64,000 bases of DNA from Obrimoposthia wandeli. Lineage: Eukaryota. Made by a program: the position numbers and the translations under genes. The notes beneath the pieces were generated by a model. The model had not been told where the DNA came from and did not search any database. It was given only the letters and a program-made list of their open reading frames with translations. The number at the start of each line of letters is the position of its first letter. Positions within the stretch are counted from its first letter, which is position 1. Location of the stretch: NCBI GenBank assembly GCA_977020255.1, contig CDROCS010002027.1, positions 248,001-312,000 of the forward strand. The letters are read 5' to 3'. Positions 50,736-62,261 of the stretch are shown here, one piece after another.

Positions 50736-53700
50736 TTAATAAATATCTTGCAAGCGACGCACTACCTTTTCTTCACCGTACTCTAGCGCCATTAAGATGG
50801 CTCGAGCACCCGCTATAGTGGTAGTGTAAGGTACTTTATGCTGAAGCGAGCTACGGCGAATTTCCGCTGAGTCATTAGTCGACTGGCGACCCTCAGTAGT
50901 ATTAACTACATAGCTTATTTCATCATTCTTGATCATGTCAACAATATTCGGACGACCTTCCATCACTTTATTTACACGTTCAACCTGCATACCCGCTTCT
51001 GACAATGCCTGCTCAGTACCTTCGGTAGCACATATAGTATAGCCTTTGTCTAACAATGACTTAGCAATCTCAATTGCCGCTGGCTTATCCATATTACGCA
51101 CAGAGACAAAAGCTTTACCCGCAACTGGCATCGCATCACCAGCACCGATAGTCGCCTTCATAAAGGCTTCGCCGAATGTCTCACCCGTTCCCATAACTTC
51201 GCCTGTTGACTTCATTTCTGGCGAAAGAACAGGATCAACACCTTGGAACTTATTGAAAGGGAACACAGCTTCTTTAACATGCATTAATCTTGGGATAACT
51301 TCTTTTGTAAAACCAATTTCAGCTAAAGACTGACCCAACATAACTCGAGTAGCAATGCTTGCAAGCGAATGACCGATACACTTAGAAACAAATGGCACTG
51401 TACGTGATGCACGAGGGTTAACTTCAATAACGTAAATTTCGCCATCTTGATAAGCAAGCTGGGTATTCATTAGGCCGATAACACCTAATTCTAATGCCAT
51501 CTTTTTCACTTGCTCACGCATATCGTCTTGCACTGTCTTCGGCAAATCATACGGAGGAAATGCACATGCAGAGTCTCCAGAGTGCACTCCTGCTTGCTCA
51601 ATATGCTGCATGATAGCGCCAATAACAACTTCTTTGCCATCACACACGGCATCAATATCTACTTCGATTGCATTATTTAAAAAGTAATCCAGCAATACCG
51701 GTGCTTCATTAGAGACTTGTACAGCGTCTTTCATGTAGCGCTTTAGCTCGTCTTCTTTATAGACGATTTCCATTGCGCGTCCACCTAATACATAAGATGG
51801 ACGAACTACTAGCGGATAACCAATTTTCGCTGCCTCTACAATCGCGGCTTCTACTGAACGTACTGTCGCGTTTTCTGGCTGCTTCAAACCTAAGCGCTGA
51901 ATCATTTGCTGGAATTGTTCACGATCTTCAGCTCTATCTATTGCCTCAGGCTCAGTTCCGATAATTGGAACACCAGCACGCTCTAGCTCTACCGCTAATT
52001 TAAGCGGCGTTTGACCACCGTATTGAACAATGACACCTTTCGGCTTTTCAACTTCAACAATTTCAAGCACATCTTCAAGCGTTACCGGCTCAAAGAATAA
52101 GCGATCAGAGGTATCATAATCAGTAGAAACTGTTTCAGGGTTACAATTAACCATGATGGTTTCAAAACCCTGCTCACGCGCAGTTAAAGCCGCATGCACA
52201 CAACAGTAGTCAAACTCAATCCCCTGACCAATACGATTGGGACCGCCGCCTAGAATCATGATTTTCTCACGATTTGTAGGATTCGCCTCACATTCTTCTT
52301 CGTATGTTGAATACATATAAGCTGTATCCGTAGCAAATTCAGCCGCACATGTATCAACTCGTTTGTATACTGGGCGGATATTCATACGCTGGCGCTGCTT
52401 ACGAAACGTTTTTTCTGGCACACCTAGCAGCTTAGCTAAACGTGAATCAGAAAACCCTTTACGCTTAAGACGATAAATATTCTGTGCTGATAAATCATGT
52501 AATGCCACTTGTGCTAAAGCATTTTCATCTTTAATCAGATCTTCTATTTGCACTAAGAACCATGGATCTATCCCAGATAGTGCATATAGCTCATCTACTG
52601 ACATACCCATGCGCATTGCATCGCCGATATACCATAAACGATCACAGCCAGGCTGCTTCATTTCACTTACAATATCTGCACGCGCATCTTCTTTTTCTAT
52701 ATCAACAAAAGAATCAAACCCTGCCACGCCAATTTCTAAACCGCGCATTGCTTTTTGCAACGATTCTTGGAAAGTACGGCCTATAGCCATTACTTCACCC
52801 ACCGACTTCATTTGCGTCGTTAAGCGATCATTTGCCTGTGGGAACTTTTCAAAGGTAAAACGAGGAATTTTAGTAACGACATAATCAATTGATGGCTCAA
52901 ATGATGCTGGCGTTCTGCCACCAGTAATATCGTTCTGTAGTTCGTCTAGCGTATAACCAACCGCAAGTTTAGCGGCGATTCTAGCAATCGGGAATCCCGT
53001 TGCTTTTGAAGCAAGTGCAGATGAACGTGATACACGAGGGTTCATCTCAATAATAACCATACGTCCATCTTTTGGATTAATACCAAATTGAACGTTTGAT
53101 CCACCTGTTTCTACACCAATCTCGCGCAGCACTGCTAAAGATGCATCACGCATTATCTGATATTCTTTATCAGTTAATGTTTGAGCAGGCGCAACGGTAA
53201 TCGAATCTCCCGTGTGCACACCCATCGCATCAAAGTTTTCTATAGAGCAAATAATGATACAGTTGTCGTTCTTGTCGCGAACAACTTCCATTTCATATTC
53301 TTTCCAACCGATAAGCGACTCATCGATTAAAATTTCTGTGGTTGGAGACAAATCCAAACCACGTGTACAAATTTCTACAAATTCTTCGCGGTTATAAGCG
53401 ATACCGCCACCCGAACCACCCATCGTGAAAGATGGACGAATGATTGCGGGAAAACCAACCATCTCAAGAACAACAAAAGCTTCTTCCATGTTGTGCGCTA
53501 CATCAGCACGCGGACACTCAAGACCAATCTTTTTCATCGCCTTATCAAAACGGCTACGATCTTCAGCTTTATCAATAGAATCTGCATTAGCGCCGATCAT
53601 CTCTACGCCATACTTTGCCAACACCCCTTCACGCTCTAAATCTAGCGCGCAGTTAAGCGCTGTTTGGCCACCCATTGTCGGTAAGATTGCATCAGGGCGT

Positions 53701-53942
53701 TCCTTTTCTATAATCTTAGCGACAGTTTCCCATTTCACCGGCTCAATATAAGTTGAGTCAGCCATGCCAGGATCGGTCATGATGGTTGCGGGGTTAGAGT
53801 TAACTAAAATAACTCGATAACCCTCCTCACGTAGCGCTTTACAGGCTTGTGCACCTGAATAGTCAAATTCACAGGCTTGACCAATGATGATCGGGCCAGC
53901 ACCTAAGATAAGTATGCTTTTAAATTCCGTACGTTTTGGCAT
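50736..53942 (-). CDS. carB: Carbamoyl-phosphate synthase large subunit
   Basis: MPKRT...[17 protein letters not shown], duplicated ATP-grasp domains, MGS domain; start moved to MPKR. Confidence 0.99.
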   Translation of the reverse strand: MPKRTEFKSILILGAGPIIIGQACEFDYSGAQACKALREEGYRVILVNSNPATIMTDPGMADSTYIEPVKWETVAKIIEKERPDAILPTMGGQTALNCALDLEREGVLAKYGVEMIGANADSIDKAEDRSRFDKAMKKIGLECPRADVAHNMEEAFVVLEMVGFPAIIRPSFTMGGSGGGIAYNREEFVEICTRGLDLSPTTEILIDESLIGWKEYEMEVVRDKNDNCIIICSIENFDAMGVHTGDSITVAPAQTLTDKEYQIMRDASLAVLREIGVETGGSNVQFGINPKDGRMVIIEMNPRVSRSSALASKATGFPIARIAAKLAVGYTLDELQNDITGGRTPASFEPSIDYVVTKIPRFTFEKFPQANDRLTTQMKSVGEVMAIGRTFQESLQKAMRGLEIGVAGFDSFVDIEKEDARADIVSEMKQPGCDRLWYIGDAMRMGMSVDELYALSGIDPWFLVQIEDLIKDENALAQVALHDLSAQNIYRLKRKGFSDSRLAKLLGVPEKTFRKQRQRMNIRPVYKRVDTCAAEFATDTAYMYSTYEEECEANPTNREKIMILGGGPNRIGQGIEFDYCCVHAALTAREQGFETIMVNCNPETVSTDYDTSDRLFFEPVTLEDVLEIVEVEKPKGVIVQYGGQTPLKLAVELERAGVPIIGTEPEAIDRAEDREQFQQMIQRLGLKQPENATVRSVEAAIVEAAKIGYPLVVRPSYVLGGRAMEIVYKEDELKRYMKDAVQVSNEAPVLLDYFLNNAIEVDIDAVCDGKEVVIGAIMQHIEQAGVHSGDSACAFPPYDLPKTVQDDMREQVKKMALELGVIGLMNTQLAYQDGEIYVIEVNPRASRTVPFVSKCIGHSLASIATRVMLGQSLAEIGFTKEVIPRLMHVKEAVFPFNKFQGVDPVLSPEMKSTGEVMGTGETFGEAFMKATIGAGDAMPVAGKAFVSVRNMDKPAAIEIAKSLLDKGYTICATEGTEQALSEAGMQVERVNKVMEGRPNIVDMIKNDEISYVVNTTEGRQSTNDSAEIRRSSLQHKVPYTTTIAGARAILMALEYGEEKVVRRLQDIY

Positions 53943-54016
53943 AGTAATAACCACTAAAATCTGTTGTCTACAAAGCTTCTAGTTTGAATTAACTAGAAGC
54001 TTAAAAGCTTGAGCTA

Positions 54017-55162
54017 TTAACCTTTATGGTTTTCAATCTCACGAATAAACCGATCAAACAAAGGCGCTACATCTCTAGGGCCCGGGCTTGCTTCAGGGTG
54101 CCCTTGAAAGCTAAATGCAACGGTATCTGTACACTCTATCCCCTGCAGCGACTGATCGAATAACGACCTGTGCGTGGCGCGTATATTAGCAGGTAGCGTA
54201 TCTTCGTCGACTGCAAAACCGTGATTTTGGCTAGTAATCATCACACGATCAGTCTTTATATCTTTAACAGGATGGTTAGCACCGTGATGACCAAATTTCA
54301 TCTTCACTGTTTTAGCACCACAAGCCAAGGCAAGTAATTGATGCCCTAAACAAATACCAAACACTGGAATTTTCGTCGCTAATATTTGCTTGATAGCCGC
54401 TATTGCATAATCACAAGGCTCTGGATCCCCAGGGCCGTTTGATAAAAACACACCATCTGGATTCATTGCTAGCACTTCGCTAGCAGGTGTTTTAGCAGGC
54501 ACAACTGTCAATTTACAACCGCGCTCTACTAACATGCGTAAAATATTGTGTTTTGCGCCAAAATCGTAAGCAACAACATGATGCACTAAGCTGGCTTCAT
54601 CGGCCTCAACGTTACCTTTTCCAAGCTCCCATGTTGATGAAGTCCACTGGTAAGCTTTATCGGTTGTTACAACTTGTGCTAAATCTAACCCTTTAAGACC
54701 ACCAAAATCTTGCGCTTGTTTGAGTGCGATAGCTTCTACGATTTGCTCTTGGGTATCTGCTGCAATTACACAACCATTAAGAGAGCCTTTCTCACGCAGA
54801 ATTCGCGTTAAACGTCGAGTGTCTATATCAGCAATCGCAACTACATTATTCTCTTGCAAATAAACGCTTAAGTCTTTTTGATTACGAAAGCTACTAGCAG
54901 CTAAAGGCAAATCTCTAATAACCAATCCTGCAACCCAAGTCCGATCGGATTCGCAATCTTCATCGTTGGTTCCAACGTTGCCAATATGTGGGTAAGTTAG
55001 CGTGACTATTTGACGACTATAAGATGGATCTGTCAAAATCTCTTGGTATCCAGTCATTGAAGTATTAAATACTACCTCACCTGTCGATACTCCATTCGCA
55101 CCAATAGCGATCCCTTTGAAAATACTTCCATCTTCAAGTGCCAATATGGCTGGTCTTGTCAA
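54017..55162 (-). CDS. carA: Carbamoyl-phosphate synthase small subunit
   Basis: [39 protein letters not shown]. Confidence 0.99.
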   Translation of the reverse strand: MTRPAILALEDGSIFKGIAIGANGVSTGEVVFNTSMTGYQEILTDPSYSRQIVTLTYPHIGNVGTNDEDCESDRTWVAGLVIRDLPLAASSFRNQKDLSVYLQENNVVAIADIDTRRLTRILREKGSLNGCVIAADTQEQIVEAIALKQAQDFGGLKGLDLAQVVTTDKAYQWTSSTWELGKGNVEADEASLVHHVVAYDFGAKHNILRMLVERGCKLTVVPAKTPASEVLAMNPDGVFLSNGPGDPEPCDYAIAAIKQILATKIPVFGICLGHQLLALACGAKTVKMKFGHHGANHPVKDIKTDRVMITSQNHGFAVDEDTLPANIRATHRSLFDQSLQGIECTDTVAFSFQGHPEASPGPRDVAPLFDRFIREIENHKG

Positions 55163-55216
55163 AGTAACCTCCCGCGTTGTGCGCGCTATAAATTCTATTT
55201 TTAATGGCTCATCTGC

Positions 55217-55255
55217 AAAAAAAGCGAGGGGTTTATAAAAACATCCTCGCTTTTT
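55217..55255 (-). promoter_or_regulatory. Terminator-like attenuator in carA leader
   Basis: Minus strand GCGAGG-loop-CCTCGC-TTTTTTT between promoter and carA start. Confidence 0.7.
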
Positions 55256-55289
55256 AATCGCTGTAATTTGTGTCGCTGCCAGTGCTTAG

Positions 55290-55330
55290 GCAAACGGCGG
55301 CATTGTATAGCAAAGCAAGCATTATGTCTA
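55290..55330 (-). promoter_or_regulatory. carAB sigma70 promoter with GCCGCC discriminator and GTTTGC initially transcribed region
   Basis: TAGACA-17 bp-TACAAT-GCCGCC-GTTTGCC on the minus strand. Confidence 0.75.
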
Positions 55331-55604
55331 CTTAAAGCCCACTAATTTGGCCAATCTACATACGTTTAGACACACCCTCAAAACATACCAAATGGTCAGA
55401 TTTTATTACTGCTGTTATTGACACACAACATTAGCCAGAAGTGTTTTTTAGCCAAAAAAAAGCGACTAAACAATAAATGGTTAGCCGCATTGATTTTTTA
55501 CTATTAGCTATTACTCAAACACACCAAGCAGCCAAAATTTAATTCCAATACAAAAGTTTCGCAATACCTTTATACAACGCTCTATACAGAGATATTAAGC
55601 ATAA

Positions 55605-57077
55605 CTATATCTTGGGACGCATCGCTGGGAATAAAATCACATCGCGAATCGAATCACAATCTGCAAAAAACATCACCAAACGATCAATACCAATACCTTC
55701 TCCCGCCGTAGGCGGCAAACCATACTCCAGCGCGGTAATGTAATCATCATCGTAATGCATTGCTTCGTCATCGCCGGCTTCCATATCGGCAACTTGATCT
55801 CTAAAGCGCTGTGCTTGATCTTCTGAGTCATTAAGCTCAGAGAAGCCATTTGCCACTTCACGACCACCAACAAAGAATTCAAATCTGTCGGTTACGAAAT
55901 CATCATCGTCATTACGACGCGCCAAAGGTGAAACTTCAGCAGGGTATTGCGTGATAAACGTTGGACTATCAAGATTATCTTCTACTGTCTTCTCAAAAAT
56001 TTCGATCTGCACTTTACCTAAACCATAGCTCGCTTTTAAAGGTATGTGCAACTTCTTCGCCACAGCTGTAGCAGATTCCATATTATCGATATCTGCAGCA
56101 GTTAGCTCTGGATTGTAATGCAAGATTGAATCAAACACGCTAATACGCGTAAACGGCTTAGCTAAATCATAATCGCTACCTTGATAGCTCACTGTTGTCG
56201 TGCCTAACACATCCGTCGCTAACTTACGGATCATCTCTTCAGTTAGATCCATTAAGTCATTGAAATCAGCATAAGCTTGATAAAACTCTAGCATAGTGAA
56301 TTCTGGATTGTGACGAGTTGATAACCCTTCATTTCTGAAATTACGGTTAATTTCGAACACTCTCTCAATACCACCAACAACAAGGCGCTTTAAGTAAAGC
56401 TCTGGCGCTATACGTAAATACATATCACGACCCAATGCATTGTGATGCGTCACAAAAGGACGTGCTGCAGCACCGCCTGGAATCACTTGCAACATTGGCG
56501 TTTCAGCTTCAACGAAACGACGCTCCACTAAAAAATTACGAATACCAGCAACCATTTTTGAGCGAATCTCAAATACTTTGCGTGACTGCTCATTGGTAAT
56601 TAAATCAACATAGCGCTGACGATAACGCATCTCTGTATCTTGCAACCCTTTGTGCTTATCAGGAAGCGGTCTTAGGCTTTTTGTCAATAATTGGTACTGC
56701 CCTAAATCAACATACAAATCACCTTTACCTGATTTATGCAAAATACCCGTAACACCAATGATATCACCTAAATCTAAAGCCTTAGCAAACGGGCGCGCCT
56801 CTTTATTAACATAAAATTGTATGCGCCCTGTCATATCCTGAACAACGCCAAAAGCACCACGATTCAGCATCACACGACCGGCAATACTGACGGTAATAGC
56901 CAGCTCTTCTAGCTCTTCTTTGGTTTTCTCACCATGCTCTTCTTGCAAGTCCTCAGCATAGCTATCACGTCTAAATTTATTAGGGTAAGCACCACCAATT
57001 TCTTTTAGAGCATCTAACTTTGCGCGACGCTCTGCTATTAATCGGTTTTCGTCTTGCTGTTCATTTATATCTGACAT
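55605..57077 (-). CDS. lysS: Lysyl-tRNA synthetase (class II)
   Basis: [26 protein letters not shown]...[15 protein letters not shown]. Confidence 0.99.
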   Translation of the reverse strand: MSDINEQQDENRLIAERRAKLDALKEIGGAYPNKFRRDSYAEDLQEEHGEKTKEELEELAITVSIAGRVMLNRGAFGVVQDMTGRIQFYVNKEARPFAKALDLGDIIGVTGILHKSGKGDLYVDLGQYQLLTKSLRPLPDKHKGLQDTEMRYRQRYVDLITNEQSRKVFEIRSKMVAGIRNFLVERRFVEAETPMLQVIPGGAAARPFVTHHNALGRDMYLRIAPELYLKRLVVGGIERVFEINRNFRNEGLSTRHNPEFTMLEFYQAYADFNDLMDLTEEMIRKLATDVLGTTTVSYQGSDYDLAKPFTRISVFDSILHYNPELTAADIDNMESATAVAKKLHIPLKASYGLGKVQIEIFEKTVEDNLDSPTFITQYPAEVSPLARRNDDDDFVTDRFEFFVGGREVANGFSELNDSEDQAQRFRDQVADMEAGDDEAMHYDDDYITALEYGLPPTAGEGIGIDRLVMFFADCDSIRDVILFPAMRPKI

Positions 57078-57096
57078 TTTTTAAGCCCTAATAATT

Positions 57097-58191
57097 TTAT
57101 AAACCAGCTTTTAAGCTAGCCACGATAAATTGATCTAAATCACCATCTAATACCTTGTCGCAATTAGAGGTCTGTGTATTGGTACGTAAATCTTTGATCC
57201 GCTGATCGTCTAAAACATAAGAACGAATTTGACTACCCCAGCCGATATCTACTTTGCTATCTTCAATACTTTGTGCCGCTTCTGAGCGCTTAAGCATTTC
57301 CATCTCGTATAATTTAGCTCTTAGCTGCTTCATACAAGTATCTCTGTTTTGATGCTGTGAGCGCTGCGCTTGTGATTGCACCACAATGCCAGAAGGTCCA
57401 TGGGTAATACGTACCGCTGACTCAGTTGTGTTTACGTGCTGCCCACCAGCACCAGAGGCACGATATACATCTGTTCTTAAATCGGCTGGATTAATATCTA
57501 TTTCAATATTATCGTCGATTTCAGGGGAGACGAATACTGAACAAAAAGATGTATGCCTTCTTCCTGTTGAATCAAAAGGCGATTTGCGTACTAATCTATG
57601 CACGCCTGTTTCAGTACGTAACCAGCCAAAGGCATACTCCCCTTCAAAACTGATAGTAGCACTTTTAATTCCTGCCACATCACCTGCTGAAACTTCTAGC
57701 AATTCAACTTTAAAGCCTTTGCTTTCACCCCAGCGTAAAAACATACGCAACACCATTTCAGCCCAATCTTGCGCTTCAGTGCCGCCTGAGCCTGACTGTA
57801 TATCAAGGAAGGCATTATTAGGATCAGCTGCGCCTGAAAACATTCGCCTAAACTCTAATACTTCTAATCTACTCATCAGAGCAGCCACTTCAAGCACGAC
57901 CTCAGCAACAGCTTCTTCATCGTCTTCTTCAACGGCCATTTCTAGCAGGTCTCGACCATCAGTCACGCCTTCTAGTAATTGTTCCAAAGTCGTCACAATA
58001 TTTTCTAGTGAAGAACGCTCTTTACCTAATTTCTGAGCATTTTCAGGATCATTCCAAACTTCAGCTGACTCAAGCTCACGCGTCACCTCTTCTAGCCTAT
58101 CTTTCTTTTCAGCATGATCTAAATACTTATACAGTAGCTTGGTACGTGCCTCGATATCTTTAAGATCAAGGACAATTGGATTAACTTCCAT
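57097..58191 (-). CDS. prfB: Peptide chain release factor 2 (no programmed frameshift)
   Basis: SPF tripeptide (RKSPFD), GGQ motif, [10 protein letters not shown]; one continuous frame from MEVNP. Confidence 0.98.
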   Translation of the reverse strand: MEVNPIVLDLKDIEARTKLLYKYLDHAEKKDRLEEVTRELESAEVWNDPENAQKLGKERSSLENIVTTLEQLLEGVTDGRDLLEMAVEEDDEEAVAEVVLEVAALMSRLEVLEFRRMFSGAADPNNAFLDIQSGSGGTEAQDWAEMVLRMFLRWGESKGFKVELLEVSAGDVAGIKSATISFEGEYAFGWLRTETGVHRLVRKSPFDSTGRRHTSFCSVFVSPEIDDNIEIDINPADLRTDVYRASGAGGQHVNTTESAVRITHGPSGIVVQSQAQRSQHQNRDTCMKQLRAKLYEMEMLKRSEAAQSIEDSKVDIGWGSQIRSYVLDDQRIKDLRTNTQTSNCDKVLDGDLDQFIVASLKAGL

Positions 58192-58460
58192 TATTCGCTC
58201 TTCACTAAACTTGTTTAAAAAGTGGCGCATTTTACCCTAATCGGTGCAGGGTTTAAATCATTCGTTTTAGTTGCCTTTAAAAAACAACTATCCAAACAAT
58301 TCAATAGTGTCCTAAACAATGCTATTTCGCTATGATGTCGCAATATTAAACACACCGTTAAACGGCGAAAAAAATTAATGACATACCGCCAATAACTCCA
58401 GCTGCTTTAGTGCAGAGCAGTGGGCTTTTGAAACTAAATGACATAAATCTAAGGATACCG

Positions 58461-58904
58461 ATGAAAGCATTAATACAAAGAGTCTCAAACGCGAGAGTTG
58501 ACGTTTGCAACAACACCATCGGTGCCATTGATGCAGGTATCATGCTGCTATTAGGAGTTGAAAAAGCAGATACGACTGAATGCGTGGACAAGATGTTAAA
58601 AAAAATAATTAACTATCGCATCTTTAGCGATGAGAACGCGAAAATGAACCTTAGTTTATTAGATATCAACGGTGGATTACTCATTGTTTCTCAGTTCACG
58701 TTAGTTGCACAAACTAATAAGGGCTTAAGGCCTGGGTTTTCCGCAGGAGCATCTCCAGCTCACGGAGAACTTATTTACAACGATTTCGTGAAAAAAGCAA
58801 AGTCAGCTGTAACTCAAACAGCCACAGGGGAGTTTGGAGCAGATATGCAAGTTAGTTTAACCAATGATGGACCTGTCACTTTTATGTTCGAAGTCAATGC
58901 TTAA
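58461..58904 (+). CDS. dtd: D-aminoacyl-tRNA deacylase
   Basis: MKALIQRV, VSQFTL, RPGFS, FGADMQVSL-x-NDGPVT. Confidence 0.98.
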   Translation: MKALIQRVSNARVDVCNNTIGAIDAGIMLLLGVEKADTTECVDKMLKKIINYRIFSDENAKMNLSLLDINGGLLIVSQFTLVAQTNKGLRPGFSAGASPAHGELIYNDFVKKAKSAVTQTATGEFGADMQVSLTNDGPVTFMFEVNA

Positions 58905-58992
58905 CTTTCATCAACATCTAATAGAACACACTATTAGCTCGCTTATTCAAAGGACAAACCCGCAACGTTGACTCCCTTGAACAAGCTTAACG

Positions 58993-59541
58993 CTACTGCA
59001 GTGTATGGGCTGTTTGCTGAGGCGTGACGAACAGACTCGATTCAACCCCCCACTCTAACTTTAACGCCCCTTTATGAATAAATGATAAGATTTGATGTAG
59101 CTGATTATAATCAACAGAAGATACCGCTGCAGCGCTCTCTTTTGAGGATGTAAAAAAACTTAAAATATATACCTTATTTTTAAAGCTTATATCTAAACGA
59201 TTTAAGATTTCAGGCTCAACTATTAAGTTAGCATCCAGCTCAGACTCATCGTCAAGCTTAGGCTTATTTTTGTTAAACTCAACCGCTTCACTATTAACTA
59301 TTTGCGCATTTTGATGTTCAAATAAAGCCATAGCAGATCTATGGTCTAATGGAGTATTGGCGATGCTAGGGGATGTTTTTTCAATCAAATCAGTCGCGGC
59401 ATTTAGCAATCGCAGCGCCAGTCGACGCGTAAGCCAAAAGCTGATTTCTTGGCCTGCATTATATAAATTCCCAGAAAGGCATATTCTGTCTTGTACTTCA
59501 TCAAACTCGAAAGTAAAAGCTTCTATTTTAACGGTTGACAT
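58993..59541 (-). CDS. Conserved hypothetical protein
   Basis: ~180-aa open frame directly after moaA, GAGG SD before ATG at 59541; DRICLSG...FWLTRRLA motif; function unknown. Confidence 0.65.
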   Translation of the reverse strand: MSTVKIEAFTFEFDEVQDRICLSGNLYNAGQEISFWLTRRLALRLLNAATDLIEKTSPSIANTPLDHRSAMALFEHQNAQIVNSEAVEFNKNKPKLDDESELDANLIVEPEILNRLDISFKNKVYILSFFTSSKESAAAVSSVDYNQLHQILSFIHKGALKLEWGVESSLFVTPQQTAHTLQ

Positions 59542-59567
59542 GTAGCTCTCGTCCTCAAGCAAAAGAT

Positions 59568-60563
59568 TCAACCTCCTGTCATATTCATAAACCGTACAAC
59601 CTGCACTTCACCATCTGTGGTAAAATGATGCTCTTTCGGTTTATTGCTCATTGCTGCTAATAGGTGCTGTTTTAAAATATCAATATCACCGTTATTTTCT
59701 CTAACAATTTTCTTTAAATCAACTGCGTTTTCATTTCCCAAACAAAGCAACAATTTACCTTCAACGGTAACTCTGACTCTATTACAATCCCCACAAAAAT
59801 TATGGCTATGAGGGGAGATAAAACCAATCTTGCTTGGACTTCCTTGCATCGTCCAATACTTTGAAGGCCCTCCAGTATTTATATTTGAAGCGATTAAAGG
59901 ATAGACTTCATCTATCGTTTTGAAAATATCATCACTTGAATAATAAGTATCAGCTCTATCGTGTGAGCTAATATCACCCAGCGGCATCTCCTCAATGAAA
60001 GAGACATTAATGCCTTTCTCTCTAACATAACTTACTAAACTTAAAATATCTTTATCATTGCGCCCTTTCAACACCACAGCATTTAACTTTATATGCTCAA
60101 TGCCTGCATCAATAGCAGCATCTATGCCTTCAAACACTTGCTCTATATTACCAGTACGTGTGAGTGCTTTAAAAAGCAAAGGGTTTAAGCTATCTAAACT
60201 CACGTTAATACGATTAACCCCAGAGCTTTTGAGCTGTTTTGCGTATTTTTTTAACTGCGAACCGTTAGTTGTTAAACAAAAATCTGTTAGACCATCAAGT
60301 GCGCCAATACCGTTAAATAAAGACAGTACATCACGTCGAACAAGTGGTTCGCCACCAGTAAGGCGTATTTTATTTACACCTAATTCTGTAAATGCTCGGG
60401 CAATAAGCTGTATTTCCTCAAGAGACATCACTTGATCTCTAGGCAAAAACGTCATCTTTTCGTCCATACAATACACACAACGAAAATCACATCTATCCGT
60501 GACAGACATACGAACGTAAGTTATTTCTCGCCCGAATTGATCAATTAACTGCGTCTTCGACAT
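59568..60563 (-). CDS. moaA: GTP 3',8-cyclase
   Basis: CDFRCVYC radical SAM motif, RLTGGEP, FC-x-x-CNR, C-terminal GG. Confidence 0.98.
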   Translation of the reverse strand: MSKTQLIDQFGREITYVRMSVTDRCDFRCVYCMDEKMTFLPRDQVMSLEEIQLIARAFTELGVNKIRLTGGEPLVRRDVLSLFNGIGALDGLTDFCLTTNGSQLKKYAKQLKSSGVNRINVSLDSLNPLLFKALTRTGNIEQVFEGIDAAIDAGIEHIKLNAVVLKGRNDKDILSLVSYVREKGINVSFIEEMPLGDISSHDRADTYYSSDDIFKTIDEVYPLIASNINTGGPSKYWTMQGSPSKIGFISPHSHNFCGDCNRVRVTVEGKLLLCLGNENAVDLKKIVRENNGDIDILKQHLLAAMSNKPKEHHFTTDGEVQVVRFMNMTGG

Positions 60564-60616
60564 TTTCCTGTACTCTATTTAGTGCTAAATTTATTAAAGA
60601 AGCCAAGCGGTTATAT

Positions 60617-61069
60617 CTATTTATTTGAGTAACGACTAACATATTTATCTAGCTTATTGGCAAACGCCTGCCGATCATTTTGCGACATTTTAGCTGGGCC
60701 TCCTGATTGAATACCACTGCTACGGAGCGTCTCTAAAAAATCCCGCATATTCAACCTTGATTTAATATTGTCATCGTCAAGCTCTTCCCCTCTGGAGGTA
60801 ATCACAAACGCTCCTTTTTCGATCACCTCTAAAGCTAAAGGAATGTCACCCGTAATAACGAGATCTCCTGCAGCACAGCGCTTTACTATTTCATCATCAG
60901 CAACATCAAAGCCAGCACCCACTCTTATAGATTTAATATTATCCACATTTGGCACTTGGATGTATTGATTTGCAACAAAGCACAATGATATTTTAGTTCG
61001 CTGTGCACATCGTAATAAAATCTCTTTTGTAACACTGGGACATGCATCAGCGTCGACCCAAATTGTCAT
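60617..61069 (-). CDS. YaiI/YqxD (DUF188) family protein
   Basis: [22 protein letters not shown]-x-DIPLA, F-x-NKLD. Confidence 0.92.
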   Translation of the reverse strand: MTIWVDADACPSVTKEILLRCAQRTKISLCFVANQYIQVPNVDNIKSIRVGAGFDVADDEIVKRCAAGDLVITGDIPLALEVIEKGAFVITSRGEELDDDNIKSRLNMRDFLETLRSSGIQSGGPAKMSQNDRQAFANKLDKYVSRYSNK

Positions 61070-61388
61070 AACGATTACTCTAAGGCTTTTATCTTTGAAT
61101 GGGCATTCTACCATGCGATTTCAATGTTACAGTAGTTTAAACGACTTACTTTTCTTAAATAGCATTTTTTAGTTTAGCCGTTATGCCAAGATAACTGGGT
61201 ATAATGAGTATCTTAAACAGAAATATCTTACCAAAGCCTCACTTAGTAAGTGAATCAAGTGAACATCATTCTATTGTAAATACTGTCAAACCTGCTTTAC
61301 TATCTTTACAGTACCTCAATAAAAATTAGTCACTGTGTGTACATAAATGATTATACTGCGAGCAAAAACGTAATTTTGAGATATCCAT

Positions 61389-61943
61389 ATGCAAAGTAAT
61401 AAACAACAGATGCTCAGCGGTCGACTATACAACCCTCTTTGCAGCTTACTAAGCAATGAGCGAAAAAGAGCGAAAGCACTGTGTTATGAATATAATCAAT
61501 GCCACCCAGATCAGAAAGGTAAACGCCAGCAAACTTTAAGTAAGCTTTTTAACCGTTCAAGCAAGGCGGTTATCGAAACAAATTTTTATTGCGATTACGG
61601 TTATAACATTTCAATTGGTAGTAATTTTTACACCAACCATAATTGCATCATGTTAGATGCAGCACCTATCAATATAGCGGATAACGTAATGATAGGCCCC
61701 AACGTCACCCTATCAACCACGACACACCCGTTAGACAGCGACTTGCGCGCTCAAGGCTATGCTATCGCACGACCTATCTCATTAGATGATAATGTTTGGA
61801 TTGGAATGGGCGCCCAAATTTTGCCGGGGGTAAGTATTGGTAAAAACTCAATAGTGGCGGCCGGCGCAGTGGTTACTAAAGATGTTCCCGATAACTGCAT
61901 GGTTGCAGGTATTCCAGCAAGAATTGTGCAAGCAGTATCATGA
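61389..61943 (+). CDS. Sugar O-acetyltransferase (Maa/LacA family)
   Basis: F-x-CDYG-x-NI, N-x-NC-x-MLD, HP, VWIG, hexapeptide repeats, GIPAR. Confidence 0.92.
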   Translation: MQSNKQQMLSGRLYNPLCSLLSNERKRAKALCYEYNQCHPDQKGKRQQTLSKLFNRSSKAVIETNFYCDYGYNISIGSNFYTNHNCIMLDAAPINIADNVMIGPNVTLSTTTHPLDSDLRAQGYAIARPISLDDNVWIGMGAQILPGVSIGKNSIVAAGAVVTKDVPDNCMVAGIPARIVQAVS

Positions 61944-62261
61944 GCTGATGTCATTTGTTATGTTAACCTGAGCACATAAACCGCGACTAACAACTTTCAA
62001 ACCATAATTTAAAAGAAATAAAATCGATAGCTTACATTTTATTTATTTTTTATTAGTTGTTGTATTATAATCGACCTTCTATTTTGATATCGTAATGTCA
62101 TTCAAGTAGGTAGCTTTTAGTTTCCTAAGCAGCCCTAAAGTGCGGTAACAATTAACGTTTGTGTAAACTTATTGTATATAATTCACACACTATGCAGCGC
62201 ACATCGTTGATAATAAAAATCTAATGTGAGTTAAAACTAAATCATATTGAGGATAATATTG

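Noticed and set aside
62070-62100. ATTTTGATATCGTAAT as a NagC-like operator upstream of nagB
   Set aside because: Too degenerate in an AT-rich region to support
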